DNA from: Candidatus Aenigmatarchaeota archaeon
GTDB lineage: Archaea; Aenigmatarchaeota; Aenigmatarchaeia; PWEA01
Direction of reading: 5' to 3'
Assembly: GCA_046539305.1 (NCBI GenBank)
Contig: JBKHHE010000001.1
Location: 77,150-141,149 of the forward strand
Length of the DNA: 64,000 bases
The notes under the pieces are model-generated. The model searched no databases and was not told the DNA's origin. It was given only the letters and a program-made list of their open reading frames with translations. The position numbers and the translations under genes are program-made. Below, one piece after another: positions 9,319-18,590 of the stretch. Every line of letters starts with the position of its first letter. Positions within the stretch are counted from its first letter, which is position 1.

Positions 9319-10143
9319 TCACACGGTCCCTACAGATTCGAGCAGCGCACCGGCCAGCAGGAGCAGAAATCCCAGGCCAAGCAGGAGCAAGGAGTCGCTC
9401 ATCAGTTTAAGGGCGTAGGACCTGTCCTCCCACTCAATGGCCTCCCGAAGCTCGTGAGAAAGAAAGAAGCCGGAAAGCCCGGCGACTATATAGGCGGAAA
9501 CCTCCAAAACCCCGTGTGGTAAATAGGAAAGAACTATTGCCGGGACCTCCACAAGGCTTTTTGATACTTCGGAAATGAAGACTCCAAGTATAGAAGCGTT
9601 CCAGACAAGTATAAATACCATCCCGGCGGCGAGGAAGAGGGAAAGGATAAACGTGATAAAGAACACAGAAATATTTTTGGTCAATATCTCCGTGAAAAAA
9701 CCAGGATCCACCACCCTTCCGGTGACGACGTCGGGCCTTATTTCTCCTATCACCTCGTGCTGAACACCGAAAGCTTCCGGAAAGAACGAATTAAAAAGCC
9801 CGAAAGCAAAGGCTACGCCAAGGAAAAAGGCGAGGTATATGACAACCTCCTCTTTATGCCTCTCAAGCAGGTCAAACTCGTCCTTCAGGCTTTTTTTCCT
9901 CTCCTCCTCCGTCTCTTTAATATCGTCCTCGAGGTACTTGATCAGGGGATAAGCCGCCGCAAGTGAGGTGAGGACCACAGCTAAAAGGCCCGTTAGCTCC
10001 TTCCCGGAAACTTTGAAAGGTACCAGGAAGTAAGCTATGAAGATGGCTATGAAAGAGAAGACCATGGAAAGGCCAAAACAGGCGCTGAAGTGCTCTTCCT
10101 TCTCCTCTTCAACCCAGAACCTCTCGAGCATCCTACCCCTCAA
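9319..10143 (-). CDS. SpoIIM/DUF95-family membrane protein
   Basis: Polytopic. The PHGVLEVSAYIVAG motif is typical of stage II sporulation protein M-like proteins. Confidence 0.6.
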   Translation of the reverse strand: MRGRMLERFWVEEEKEEHFSACFGLSMVFSFIAIFIAYFLVPFKVSGKELTGLLAVVLTSLAAAYPLIKYLEDDIKETEEERKKSLKDEFDLLERHKEEVVIYLAFFLGVAFAFGLFNSFFPEAFGVQHEVIGEIRPDVVTGRVVDPGFFTEILTKNISVFFITFILSLFLAAGMVFILVWNASILGVFISEVSKSLVEVPAIVLSYLPHGVLEVSAYIVAGLSGFFLSHELREAIEWEDRSYALKLMSDSLLLLGLGFLLLLAGALLESVGTV

Positions 10144-10387
10144 GGTCCGTCTTTTCGGCCACGGCGAGGCTCTTTATTTTCCCATTTTTTGACAGGGTTA
10201 TCCTGATAGTGGCCCTGTCAACGGCGTGTTCCTTCATGTTAAAACTGGTTTCACATTCGTAACATTGGATGTCGGATTCCATGTCAATACCGTACCACCC
10301 CGACTCTGCAATAGGCGTGCCACACCCGGGACATGTAGCAACGGCAAGGTCGAAAAAGGTCACGTCCTCGGAGCTAGAGGTAGACAT
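10133..10387 (-). CDS. small zinc-ribbon protein
   Basis: 84 aa with CPGCGTPI ... CYECETSF (two CxxC pairs). It overlaps the downstream gene by 11 nt. Confidence 0.55.
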   Translation of the reverse strand: MSTSSSEDVTFFDLAVATCPGCGTPIAESGWYGIDMESDIQCYECETSFNMKEHAVDRATIRITLSKNGKIKSLAVAEKTDLEG

Positions 10388-10390
10388 ATC

Positions 10391-11026
10391 TCAATTTTCC
10401 AGTTTTTCACGAACTTTTTTCAGGGTTTTTTCCCTGGTCTCTTTCAGAGGGCCGCTGTTATCCACAACAACGGTGTAATGTTTCTCATCGGTCACGTCTA
10501 CCCCATATTTCTCCTTGTAGGTTTTAATATCTTGTGAATTCCTCCTTTCCAGCTTCTTCCTTGCCTCGTCCAAATCTATTTCCTGTTCTTCCGCCATCCT
10601 CTCCGCAGCAACCCCGTTATCGCATTTCACAAGCACTCTGACTTCAGCTATATCAGAGAGTAATATGCCGGTCATCCTTCCCTCCAAAACGACATCGCTC
10701 CTTGTAAAGGCCAGGCCCAGGACCCTTCTATCCCACATGAGATCGGGACCGGGTCCCTTCTCGGGGTTACGATGCTTTTCGAAAAACTCAGTCAACTCCA
10801 GCCCTTTCTTCTCGGCCTCCCTGCGAAAAAAACCACCCGAGGTTACCAGGTCCATGTCGAGCTCTTCGGAAACTATTTCAGCGACCGTGGTACTTCCGAC
10901 CCATGCAAGCCCGGAGACCGTGATTATTCCCTCTTCGGGCGGGCCATGTGCATCTCGAAGCTTCTCCTCATAGCTCTCCAACCTTTCGACGCCCGTCATG
11001 GTCACACCTTTACTCTGTGAATCCAC
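10391..11026 (-). CDS. archaeal-type cytidylate kinase-like protein (atypical P-loop)
   Basis: The layout is ITVSGLAWVGSTTVAEIV ... VVLEGRMTG ... with a C-terminal YGVD. This matches archaeal CMP kinase architecture, but the Walker A reads G-L-A-W-V-G-S-T-T, with no Lys. Confidence 0.55.
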   Translation of the reverse strand: MDSQSKGVTMTGVERLESYEEKLRDAHGPPEEGIITVSGLAWVGSTTVAEIVSEELDMDLVTSGGFFRREAEKKGLELTEFFEKHRNPEKGPGPDLMWDRRVLGLAFTRSDVVLEGRMTGILLSDIAEVRVLVKCDNGVAAERMAEEQEIDLDEARKKLERRNSQDIKTYKEKYGVDVTDEKHYTVVVDNSGPLKETREKTLKKVREKLEN

Positions 11027-11108
11027 ACTAAAGAGTGGGAAGGAAATATAAAAAATTCAAGACGCGACCAAGATTTAAATATCCCTCCAGCAAAGTAACT
11101 GTAGGAGG

Positions 11109-11306
11109 TTGGTTCCCTTGATTCTGAACCTGAAAGACCTCGCGAAGTGCAAGAGATGTGGATCCTCAAGGACCACTGCTGAGATGGTCATACCGTCGAG
11201 AAGTCCTGATGATCTAAGAGGGAGAAGCGGAAACGAGGTCGTGGAAGTGGCGTGCAAGGACTGCGGCAAGATAAACAGAACAGAGGTTGAAATTCAAATC
11301 AAGTAG
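11109..11306 (+). CDS. small zinc-ribbon protein
   Basis: CKRCGS ... CKDCGK, with AGGAGG directly upstream. The start is non-ATG (TTG at 11109 or 11118) and uncertain. Confidence 0.45.
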   Translation: MVPLILNLKDLAKCKRCGSSRTTAEMVIPSRSPDDLRGRSGNEVVEVACKDCGKINRTEVEIQIK

Positions 11307-11308
11307 AA

Positions 11309-11668
11309 TCAATAGCCCCTTGAGAAAATCCTATCCTTCAACTCACCCATCTCTAAATAACGGTCAGCAATCTCCTTCCAGAATTCGTAATCATCCTCAG
11401 AGTCAAAATGTACGTCCTTTATCCCTTCGGCAAACGTATATATCCTCTCCTCTTCCAAGTCCTGATAACCGGGCCTTTCATCGAACAACTGTTCGCACCA
11501 CTTGGCTGCCGCGGGCTTCTTTAGCTCCTCCCTGAGGAGTGAATTATCGTTAGCTATGAGCACCACAGCTCCCACATAATTTCCAGAATCCAAACATTTC
11601 TCGTAAGCAACCCTCTGCTGAAACCTGCTCATGTCCTTCACCACCCCGTCAACCGCGAACATAGCCAA
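11309..11668 (-). CDS. hypothetical protein
   Basis: 119-aa ORF filling the gap between flanking genes. No family recognised. Confidence 0.5.
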   Translation of the reverse strand: MAMFAVDGVVKDMSRFQQRVAYEKCLDSGNYVGAVVLIANDNSLLREELKKPAAAKWCEQLFDERPGYQDLEEERIYTFAEGIKDVHFDSEDDYEFWKEIADRYLEMGELKDRIFSRGY

Positions 11669-11692
11669 GAATTGGATGTAAAAGCTTTTATA

Positions 11693-12091
11693 TTACCTGG
11701 AATCCAGCACCTCGTTACACATCCCGTCCACTATCTTCGTCCTTTTGTTTTCCCTCGGCACCTGCACGAACTCCACACCCTCAAAGTTCTTCATCAGTTT
11801 CTTGGTCTTGTCGTACAGTTTCCTGATCTCGTCGCTCTTGACCTTCCAGTCACCACTGAGCTGTCTGACCAGAAGGTTGCTGTCCGAGTAGAGCTCCACC
11901 TCTTCCTTACCAAGCTCATTGGCCTTCTTCAGTGCCTCTACCACTGCGGTGTATTCGGCGCGGTTGTTCGTTGTTTTCCCAATATATCCTGACTTCCTTT
12001 CGATCTCCTCTCCACCCTCGAGTATGAGAAAAGCATAGGACGCAGGGCCGGGATTACCTCGCGAGGCGCCGTCCGTGTAGATTTCAACCAT
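11693..12091 (-). CDS. rnhA: ribonuclease HI
   Basis: IYTDGASRGNPGPASYAF ... TNNRAEYTAVVEAL contains the type 1 RNase H catalytic motifs. Confidence 0.85.
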   Translation of the reverse strand: MVEIYTDGASRGNPGPASYAFLILEGGEEIERKSGYIGKTTNNRAEYTAVVEALKKANELGKEEVELYSDSNLLVRQLSGDWKVKSDEIRKLYDKTKKLMKNFEGVEFVQVPRENKRTKIVDGMCNEVLDSR

Positions 12092-12560
12092 CTCTATCTA
12101 CCTTCTCCAGAAGTTTTCTCGCAAAGTCTCTTGCGTCCTCCAGGTCGCCCTCGTCTGGCTTCCCCCTGTGTATGCCTCCCAAGTATTTAAAAAAACTGTA
12201 ATGGTCGACGCCTCTGCAGTCGAAACTTCCCACAATCTCAAAGCCCTTACCTTCCAGTCTATCTCGAAGGGGTCTTTCGAATTCGTGCACAAGCGGAATC
12301 TTTGGCAGGCCGCTCGTAGAAACTATAAAGGCATCCTTACCTTCCATCTGGGGGAGGTCATCTACAAAACCAAGAACCTTCTCATCGTGCTTCCGGAAAT
12401 ATATGCCGGAGCCAAATCCTACGAAGTCGTAGTCCTCCAGATCTTCAGTGTTCAATTCTTCGGGCTTCTTTAGGTCGGCATCCATAACCTCGGCCATCGC
12501 CTCTGCCACCTTTTCTGTATTTCCCTGATGCTTCGACCTGTAGACGATCAGAGCCTTCAT
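12084..12560 (-). CDS. flavodoxin-family protein
   Basis: MKALIVYRSKHQGNTEKVAEAMAE is a typical flavodoxin N-terminal FMN loop. It overlaps rnhA by 8 nt. Confidence 0.7.
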   Translation of the reverse strand: MKALIVYRSKHQGNTEKVAEAMAEVMDADLKKPEELNTEDLEDYDFVGFGSGIYFRKHDEKVLGFVDDLPQMEGKDAFIVSTSGLPKIPLVHEFERPLRDRLEGKGFEIVGSFDCRGVDHYSFFKYLGGIHRGKPDEGDLEDARDFARKLLEKVDRDG

Positions 12561-12588
12561 TCAAAACTGTCTTAAGGCTGGATTTATA

Positions 12589-13473
12589 TTAAGTTAACTC
12601 GAAGAACTCTTCCTCGGAGGAAACTTCTGATGCCATCTTCACTATTTTCCCGGTCTCGTACTTCTCAAGAAGTTCCTCGAACTTGGTCCACGTTGTGTAC
12701 GTTTCTCTGTCCCATCCGTAATATTTTTTGCAGAAGACCTCGGCCCATGACATCCCTTCCCTCTCCATTATCTCTTCTACGGCCGTCTTCCCTTCATTTT
12801 CAAAGGTTTCCTCTACTTCCTCTATCAGTTCCTTTTCCTTTTTGAAATCCTTGTAATCCTCGGTGAATTCAGTTCTTTTTTCCATGCCCATTACATCTCT
12901 TGAGAAGTTCTCTCCGACGATATCGGCTATAACCTCCCTAAACCCACCGAAAGAGGCAGAACATTCGTGTGTTGCCTCATGGAATATTGCTTTTAGAAAC
13001 AACCTGGAACGGGAGGGTGCGTCGTCACCGTATTTGTTTTCCGCCCATTCAGCCCTCTCAGGATTGTAGACAACTGGAAGATCGTTACTCCTAGGTTTTA
13101 ATGAATGAATTTCCTTTGCTTGTGCTCTCTCCCCTACTATCAAACCACCCAAGAGGTCGTAACCATCCTCCGAGGGTTCAACGGGAGTGTCGATATATAG
13201 ATATTCGTTTAGGGTTCCCACAGCGGGGTACAAGTAGGTGGAATAATCCTTCCCTTCAAACTCACTTTCTCTTTTCTCAGCATCACCTTCAACTATTTCC
13301 CACCCTCCGTAATCTATGTTACCCTTCTCGCTCCACCAGAGTGTAGAAAAGTTTCCTATCTCTACTTCAATACCTGGATCCATCCCCGTCTTTCTTTCAA
13401 AGTAATCGTTCATAAACGCTTCGACAGACCCCCTCAGGAAATCCGGAATTTCGTAATCCAAATCCTCGGACAT
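12589..13473 (-). CDS. putative zinc metalloprotease (HExxH)
   Basis: 294 aa, acidic, with an FHEATHE (H-E-x-x-H) motif. No signal peptide is evident. Confidence 0.4.
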   Translation of the reverse strand: MSEDLDYEIPDFLRGSVEAFMNDYFERKTGMDPGIEVEIGNFSTLWWSEKGNIDYGGWEIVEGDAEKRESEFEGKDYSTYLYPAVGTLNEYLYIDTPVEPSEDGYDLLGGLIVGERAQAKEIHSLKPRSNDLPVVYNPERAEWAENKYGDDAPSRSRLFLKAIFHEATHECSASFGGFREVIADIVGENFSRDVMGMEKRTEFTEDYKDFKKEKELIEEVEETFENEGKTAVEEIMEREGMSWAEVFCKKYYGWDRETYTTWTKFEELLEKYETGKIVKMASEVSSEEEFFELT

Positions 13474-13584
13474 CAGTTATTCCATCGGATATAAAATTTA
13501 AATACCTAGATAATTGCCCAGGAAAAGATAGAACATCTAGAACAAAATATTATAGAATAAATTCATTCGTCTACATCCTGGACG

Positions 13585-14403
13585 TTAACACAGATTCGAC
13601 AGAGCCCTCAAAATGGTTTTAGATGCCAGGACGGAGGTCCTGTTGTTCAGCTCCTTGGAAGCCACCTCGCAGACGTCCATGCCCACTACCTCCTTCTCGA
13701 AGACCTCGTCTATGATCTCGAAAACTTCCCGGGGCTCCATCCCGTTTTCCTCCGGATAGCCGACGTCGGGCGCGTACCTCGGGTCGAAGACGTCCATGTC
13801 TACTGTCAGGTACACAGGACCTTCCGCATTCTTCAGGGGTTTTTTCATACTTCTGACCAGTTCCCTTTTGTCTTCTGCAAAGCTTCTGACGCCCACCTGC
13901 ACCAGTTCCACGTCCGTTTTTTCCAGCAGGTGATATGCCCAGGTGTCGTGCGCGTATTTGTTGCCCTGGTAGTCCTCCTCCAGGTCTGCGTGCGCGTCCA
14001 GCTGCACCACCATTTTCGGTCCCATAGCCTTGATGAGAGGTAATGAAATGGTGTGTTCACCGCCCAAGAACACGGGAAAGATTTCCTCGTTCCTTTCTTG
14101 AATTTCATCCACCGTGTCTTTGATTCTTTCCGCGGTCTCCTCGAAGTCCCCAGGCACCCACTCCAGGTCCCCGAGTTCAGCTACCTTCAACTCCTTCAGT
14201 GGGTTTGTGTTTTTCTCGGGAACGTTTCCCTGCGAGGTCTTCAGGGCCTCTCTTACTGTCACGGGCCCGAACCTCTGATTCCCCTCGGCCAGGGCAGTGG
14301 AGTCGAAAGGAATGCCCACGAAGCATACGTCCGCCTCTTCCAGTGGATACATGGTGGTGAAAGATCCTTTAAGATACAGTATACCCGACATATACAGACC
14401 CAT
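13585..14403 (-). CDS. speB: agmatinase / arginase-family ureohydrolase
   Basis: GGEHTISLPLI, LDAHADL and LTVDMDVFDP are the Mn-binding motifs of this family. An alternative start lies at Met18 (14352). Confidence 0.8.
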   Translation of the reverse strand: MGLYMSGILYLKGSFTTMYPLEEADVCFVGIPFDSTALAEGNQRFGPVTVREALKTSQGNVPEKNTNPLKELKVAELGDLEWVPGDFEETAERIKDTVDEIQERNEEIFPVFLGGEHTISLPLIKAMGPKMVVQLDAHADLEEDYQGNKYAHDTWAYHLLEKTDVELVQVGVRSFAEDKRELVRSMKKPLKNAEGPVYLTVDMDVFDPRYAPDVGYPEENGMEPREVFEIIDEVFEKEVVGMDVCEVASKELNNRTSVLASKTILRALSNLC

Positions 14404-14491
14404 CCAAAGAAACGATTTAAAGGAATAAAAATCTAAGCTGCCGAGGAGTCGAAGTATTTAAAATTTATTTTCACAATGGTAACTGATATAG

Positions 14492-15091
14492 ATGTTGGTT
14501 ACAGACGTTGAAACCACGGGAATCGATCCCGAAAAATACTCCATAGTTTCTCTGGGCTCCGTTAGCTACGAGGACCCGCAGGACACCTTCTACGAGGAAT
14601 GTCGGATACGGGACGGCGCGGAGGTAAGTGACAGGGCCCTGGCGATCAACGGTTTCACCAGAGAGGAAATCACTGACCCCAAAAAACCGGAGCCAGGAGA
14701 AGTGTTAAATGACTTCATCAGGTGGGCCGGGAGTGCAGAAGACAGGACGATATCGGGCGAGAATCCATCCTTCGATACAGGTTTTTTACAGAAAACCGCA
14801 GAGAGGAACGACATAGACTGGCCGTTCGGATACCGAACCGTGGACCTACACTCCCTGACCTACGCCCACCAGATCTCGAGGAGGTTGAAACCGCCGACCA
14901 AAGACAGGAAATCGGCCCTGAGTTTGAACAAAACTTTAGAATATGTGGGCATACCGGAGGATGTGAGGTCCGAGGAACACGATGCTCTGGAGGACGCGAA
15001 GCTGGAGGCCGAGGCCATAGCAAGGCTCATCGAAGGAAAGAATCTAGTAGAGGAGTACGAAGCTTACAGCGTACCTCTCTACCTTAAATGA
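14492..15091 (+). CDS. DEDDh 3'-5' exonuclease (DnaQ-like)
   Basis: Contains VTDVETTGIDP (Exo I), ISGENPSFDTGFL (Exo II) and HDALEDAKLEAE (Exo III). Confidence 0.75.
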   Translation: MLVTDVETTGIDPEKYSIVSLGSVSYEDPQDTFYEECRIRDGAEVSDRALAINGFTREEITDPKKPEPGEVLNDFIRWAGSAEDRTISGENPSFDTGFLQKTAERNDIDWPFGYRTVDLHSLTYAHQISRRLKPPTKDRKSALSLNKTLEYVGIPEDVRSEEHDALEDAKLEAEAIARLIEGKNLVEEYEAYSVPLYLK

Positions 15092-15113
15092 GATGCGGTT
15101 TAAAGGTTGCCTT

Positions 15114-15449
15114 TCACCCGAACCTAGTGGCCAGGTAGTCGATGACCGCACCGTAGACCATCCCGGCGAAGAAGCTGGGCAAGTCCCGGAACTGCGTGGA
15201 GAGGAAAAGCGCGGAAGTGACCAAAGTTCCCAGGACAAGTCCCCGTACGTACTTATTTCTGTGGGACTGTAGAATTTTGAAGTCGGAAGCTACGCCTATC
15301 AGAAAGCCCATAAGGACGCGGTTGTACCAGGTCGCGAGAAGAAAGAGCCAGTTTCCGGCAAATCCGAGGCGGTAGCCTACTCCTGCTATACAGAGAACTC
15401 CAAGCAAAGCTCCCGCGAGCGTCGCGATTAAGGTTCTCTGCTTTTCCAT
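15114..15449 (-). CDS. small polytopic membrane protein
   Basis: 111 aa with about 4 TM helices. No family recognised. Confidence 0.5.
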   Translation of the reverse strand: MEKQRTLIATLAGALLGVLCIAGVGYRLGFAGNWLFLLATWYNRVLMGFLIGVASDFKILQSHRNKYVRGLVLGTLVTSALFLSTQFRDLPSFFAGMVYGAVIDYLATRFG

Positions 15450-15494
15450 GGATAGTCTATGAACTTGAAAACGTAAAAGTTTGGGAGTTCGAGG

Positions 15495-16367
15495 CTAAAT
15501 ATCAGGCTCGTAATTGGGAAGATACCTGTCCCCGCTGTCGGGGAGTACAGTAACAACTTCGTTTTTATCCTTATTTATTTGTCTTGATGCGTGGAAATTT
15601 GCACCGGAACTCGGGCCCACCAGAATCCCGTGCCTGCGACAAAGTTCCCTGCTAACTTCCATGGCCTTTTTGGTATCTACCTTCACCACCTGGTCTATCA
15701 GGCCTCTGTTTCTCTCCACTATCTTCGGGACAAACCCCTCGCCTATACCCTCTATTCCATGAGTTCCAGAACTTTCGCCGGACAGCACGGCCGATTCGGA
15801 GGGCTCTACGGCAACGATCTCGGCGTCTATGCCCTCATCCTTCAAAGCTTTGGCCACACCTATCAGGGTGCCACCCGTACCCACGCCAGCCACAAAAGCA
15901 TCTACCTCCCCCTCTGTCTGCTCTATTATCTCCCTTCCCGTCGTCTTTCTATGTGCCTCCACATTGTCAGGATTTTTGAACTGCCTTGGAAGCCAGGCAC
16001 CGGGATTTCTCCGGGTAATCTCTTCGTACTTCGTCATGCAACCTTCCATGCCCTCTTCCTCGGGGGTGAGAACTGTGCTCGCGCCAAAAGACTCCATCAC
16101 TTCCCTTTTCTCCTCGCTCATATCTTCCGGCATTACCGCGGTAAAATCGTAACCTCGAACCGCGGAAACCATGGAGAAGGAAACTCCGGTGTTCTCACTG
16201 GTGGCCTCTATTATCTTATCTCCCTCCTCAAGCTCTCCGGACTCCTCGGCCTTTTTCACCATGTGCCAGACCATCCTGTCCTTTATGCTACCCGAAGGGT
16301 TCGAAATCTCCAGCTTGGCCCTGATGCCCTGGATCTCAATTAGAGGTGTGCTGCCAATAGCTTCCAA
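15495..16367 (-). CDS. PLP-dependent cysteine synthase / cystathionine beta-synthase family
   Basis: STPLIE ... NPSGSIKDRM (PLP-Lys motif) ... GVGTGGTLIGV. 290 aa. Confidence 0.8.
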   Translation of the reverse strand: MEAIGSTPLIEIQGIRAKLEISNPSGSIKDRMVWHMVKKAEESGELEEGDKIIEATSENTGVSFSMVSAVRGYDFTAVMPEDMSEEKREVMESFGASTVLTPEEEGMEGCMTKYEEITRRNPGAWLPRQFKNPDNVEAHRKTTGREIIEQTEGEVDAFVAGVGTGGTLIGVAKALKDEGIDAEIVAVEPSESAVLSGESSGTHGIEGIGEGFVPKIVERNRGLIDQVVKVDTKKAMEVSRELCRRHGILVGPSSGANFHASRQINKDKNEVVTVLPDSGDRYLPNYEPDI

Positions 16368-16532
16368 ATTTTTTCCATGTCGTCTCCACCCACAGTCTTA
16401 TTTTAAACTTTTCACTAAACTTATTAAAACAACAGGGAAATAGAATCTTCTGGAAGTTTGGGGAAAGTAGATTAAGCCACCATAATTTCCTAGCTTTAAC
16501 TTGCTTTAACTAAAGTATAAAAGGAGAGTTGT

Positions 16533-16922
16533 TTACTTCTTGGCCTTGAGTAGCTTGTTCTCCATGACCTCCCAGTATTCCACCTCGTCTCCTTCCGTTA
16601 GTTCTTCCTCGAAGTCGTCGGGTATACCCATCTCGAAGGTATCATAGGACTCAAGGTCCATGAGCTGGACGGAATCAGCGGATACTGACAGGACCTGTGC
16701 GGCCTTCTTATCTATTATTGGAACTTCGACTTTTGCATCCGAGGGTTTCACTACCTGTCTCTTCTTGTCATCCAAGATGCCCCTGGTTTGAAGCCTTACT
16801 TTTGTAGAACCATGTTTTCCCGCGGAAGATGTCTTTCTCTTGGTGGCTACGCAGGGCTCCCCGTCCACAACTATGTAATCTCCCTCTTTAATGTTCTTTA
16901 TCTCGTCTCTCTTCGTCGGCAT
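16533..16922 (-). CDS. eif5a: translation initiation factor 5A (aIF5A)
   Basis: The hypusine loop region is TSSAGKHGSTKVRL. Size and C-terminal OB fold are consistent. The start is at Met4 of the track ORF. Confidence 0.85.
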   Translation of the reverse strand: MPTKRDEIKNIKEGDYIVVDGEPCVATKRKTSSAGKHGSTKVRLQTRGILDDKKRQVVKPSDAKVEVPIIDKKAAQVLSVSADSVQLMDLESYDTFEMGIPDDFEEELTEGDEVEYWEVMENKLLKAKK

Positions 16923-16932
16923 CCAAATCAAC

Positions 16933-17130
16933 CTACGTTACCAGATCTATGTCCTCCTTCTTTACGGTGACTCTTCCGGCATGTTTTGTAGCTACTACCG
17001 CGTCCTTCGCCAGATCCTCGGCAATATCCTCCACCACCTCTCTCAGCTCTTCAACAGCTTCCTCGGAAATCCTTTCGGCGCCAGAATTCTTCGCAACGCG
17101 CTTCAAAGGAGCCAAAGGTAGTTCAGCCAT
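16933..17130 (-). CDS. archaeal histone (HMf-type)
   Basis: MAELPLAPLKRVAKNSGAERISEEAVEELREVVEDIAEDLAKDAVVATKHAGRVTVKKEDIDL is a single histone fold. Confidence 0.9.
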   Translation of the reverse strand: MAELPLAPLKRVAKNSGAERISEEAVEELREVVEDIAEDLAKDAVVATKHAGRVTVKKEDIDLVT

Positions 17131-17208
17131 CACAAACACCTCCTTGTATTTTTTAAGATGTCACCTTTAAAAGTTTATAGGTTCGTGTCTGCAGGTGAGA
17201 CAAAAGCT

Positions 17209-18375
17209 CTAAATCAGTTTCCTCGCCGATTTTATCATCTTCGGCCTGTTGAGAAGGATTCTACCCAGCTTGGACAGCTTCCTCCCCGAAGCAAAGTTCA
17301 TCAAATCCTCACCCTCCAAGTTCTCGGCGAGATAGTTCAGGTCCTCGTCGTCCAGATCTTCCAGAACCTCGCGGAGCTTCTCCACTTTTTTCAGGTTCTT
17401 CCCCCTCGCCTTCCACCACCTCTTGTTGTACTCCTGCAGGTTCTCCTTTGAAGTATCGTTCTCGCTTATTGCCTCGTGTGCGACCTTCCCAGCGATGATA
17501 CCCGCTTTTATGCCCTCCCATATACCACCACCATGGATTGGATTCACCTGATTGGCCGCGTCGCCGACGGCGAGGAAGTTCTCAGCCGTCATGTCGTCCA
17601 AGAAGCCCCCAACCGGAATCATCCCCGAGTTTACCTCCACCACGGAAGCTCTTTTGAAGCGATCGTTGTTCTCTATAAAACTGTCCAGGTAATCCTTGGC
17701 CGTGCCCTTTACGTCGCCGCCTATCCCTATACCCACGTTCGCCGACCTCTCACCCTTTGGAAATACCCAGACGTACCCTCTGGGCGCGATATCCTTCCCG
17801 AAGTACAGCTCGAGCTTGTTCGAATCCTTCAGCTCCAGGTCGACCATCTCATACTGGTAGCCCGAGTCCACGAGCTGAAGGTTTGAGGCGTTTTTTACGC
17901 CAGCCTTTCTCGCTATCAGGGATTCAACTCCGTCTGCAGCTATGACCATTTTAGCCTCCTCCTTGAACTCGTCGCCTTCCACTTCCACCTCCACACCTTT
18001 ATTTTCCGGGAGTAGGTCTTTCACTTTGGCCTTTGCCTTTACCTTAGCACCAGCCTCGGCGGCTCTCGTCGCCATCCATTTGTCGAAGAGTTCCCTTTCC
18101 AGTATCCAGCCCACCGTCTCCTCCGAGCTTATCCTGACGAAATCTATATTTGGAGAATGTACAAGAGCACCGTTTATTGGCTGCGCTTTACATCTCTCGG
18201 GGATGTCCAAACCGACCTCCTTTATAGGAGCGGCGGATATACCTTCACCACACCTTTTCGGAACGCCTATCTCCTGTCTTTTCTCATACAAAGCTACGTC
18301 CAGATCCCTCTCTGCAAGCTCCGCAGCAACGGAGCTTCCTGCGGGTCCACCGCCGACAACTACGACATCCTTCAC
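17209..18375 (-). CDS. geranylgeranyl reductase family (digeranylgeranylglycerophospholipid reductase)
   Basis: VVVVGGGPAGS FAD motif ... GDAANQVNPIHGGGI. 388 aa. Confidence 0.8.
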   Translation of the reverse strand: MKDVVVVGGGPAGSSVAAELAERDLDVALYEKRQEIGVPKRCGEGISAAPIKEVGLDIPERCKAQPINGALVHSPNIDFVRISSEETVGWILERELFDKWMATRAAEAGAKVKAKAKVKDLLPENKGVEVEVEGDEFKEEAKMVIAADGVESLIARKAGVKNASNLQLVDSGYQYEMVDLELKDSNKLELYFGKDIAPRGYVWVFPKGERSANVGIGIGGDVKGTAKDYLDSFIENNDRFKRASVVEVNSGMIPVGGFLDDMTAENFLAVGDAANQVNPIHGGGIWEGIKAGIIAGKVAHEAISENDTSKENLQEYNKRWWKARGKNLKKVEKLREVLEDLDDEDLNYLAENLEGEDLMNFASGRKLSKLGRILLNRPKMIKSARKLI

Positions 18376-18557
18376 TCCTTATCACGCTCCACGTCTATGG
18401 CGCCCACGGGACAGATCTTCTCACATTTTCCGCAGTAGGTGCATTTCTCCTCGTCCCACTTGACACCGTTTTCAGTCAGTTCCAAAGCCTGGACAGGGCA
18501 GACTCCCACACATCCACCGCATCTCAGGCATTTCTCGTTGTCTATTTCCCAAAACAT
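18372..18557 (-). CDS. 2x[4Fe-4S] ferredoxin
   Basis: CLRCGGCVGVCP and CTYCGKCEKICP. There is a 4-nt overlap with the reductase gene downstream. Confidence 0.85.
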   Translation of the reverse strand: MFWEIDNEKCLRCGGCVGVCPVQALELTENGVKWDEEKCTYCGKCEKICPVGAIDVERDKE

Positions 18558-18590
18558 AAACCTTACCTGTTGGATCAGATTTATATTATT

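Noticed and set aside
16368-16532. The 165-nt intergenic region between the cysteine synthase gene and aIF5A, with the direct repeat GCTTTAAC x2, was checked for an RNA gene.
   Set aside because: It is AT-rich with no stable cloverleaf or conserved RNA motif that I recognise. It is most simply promoter/terminator space.
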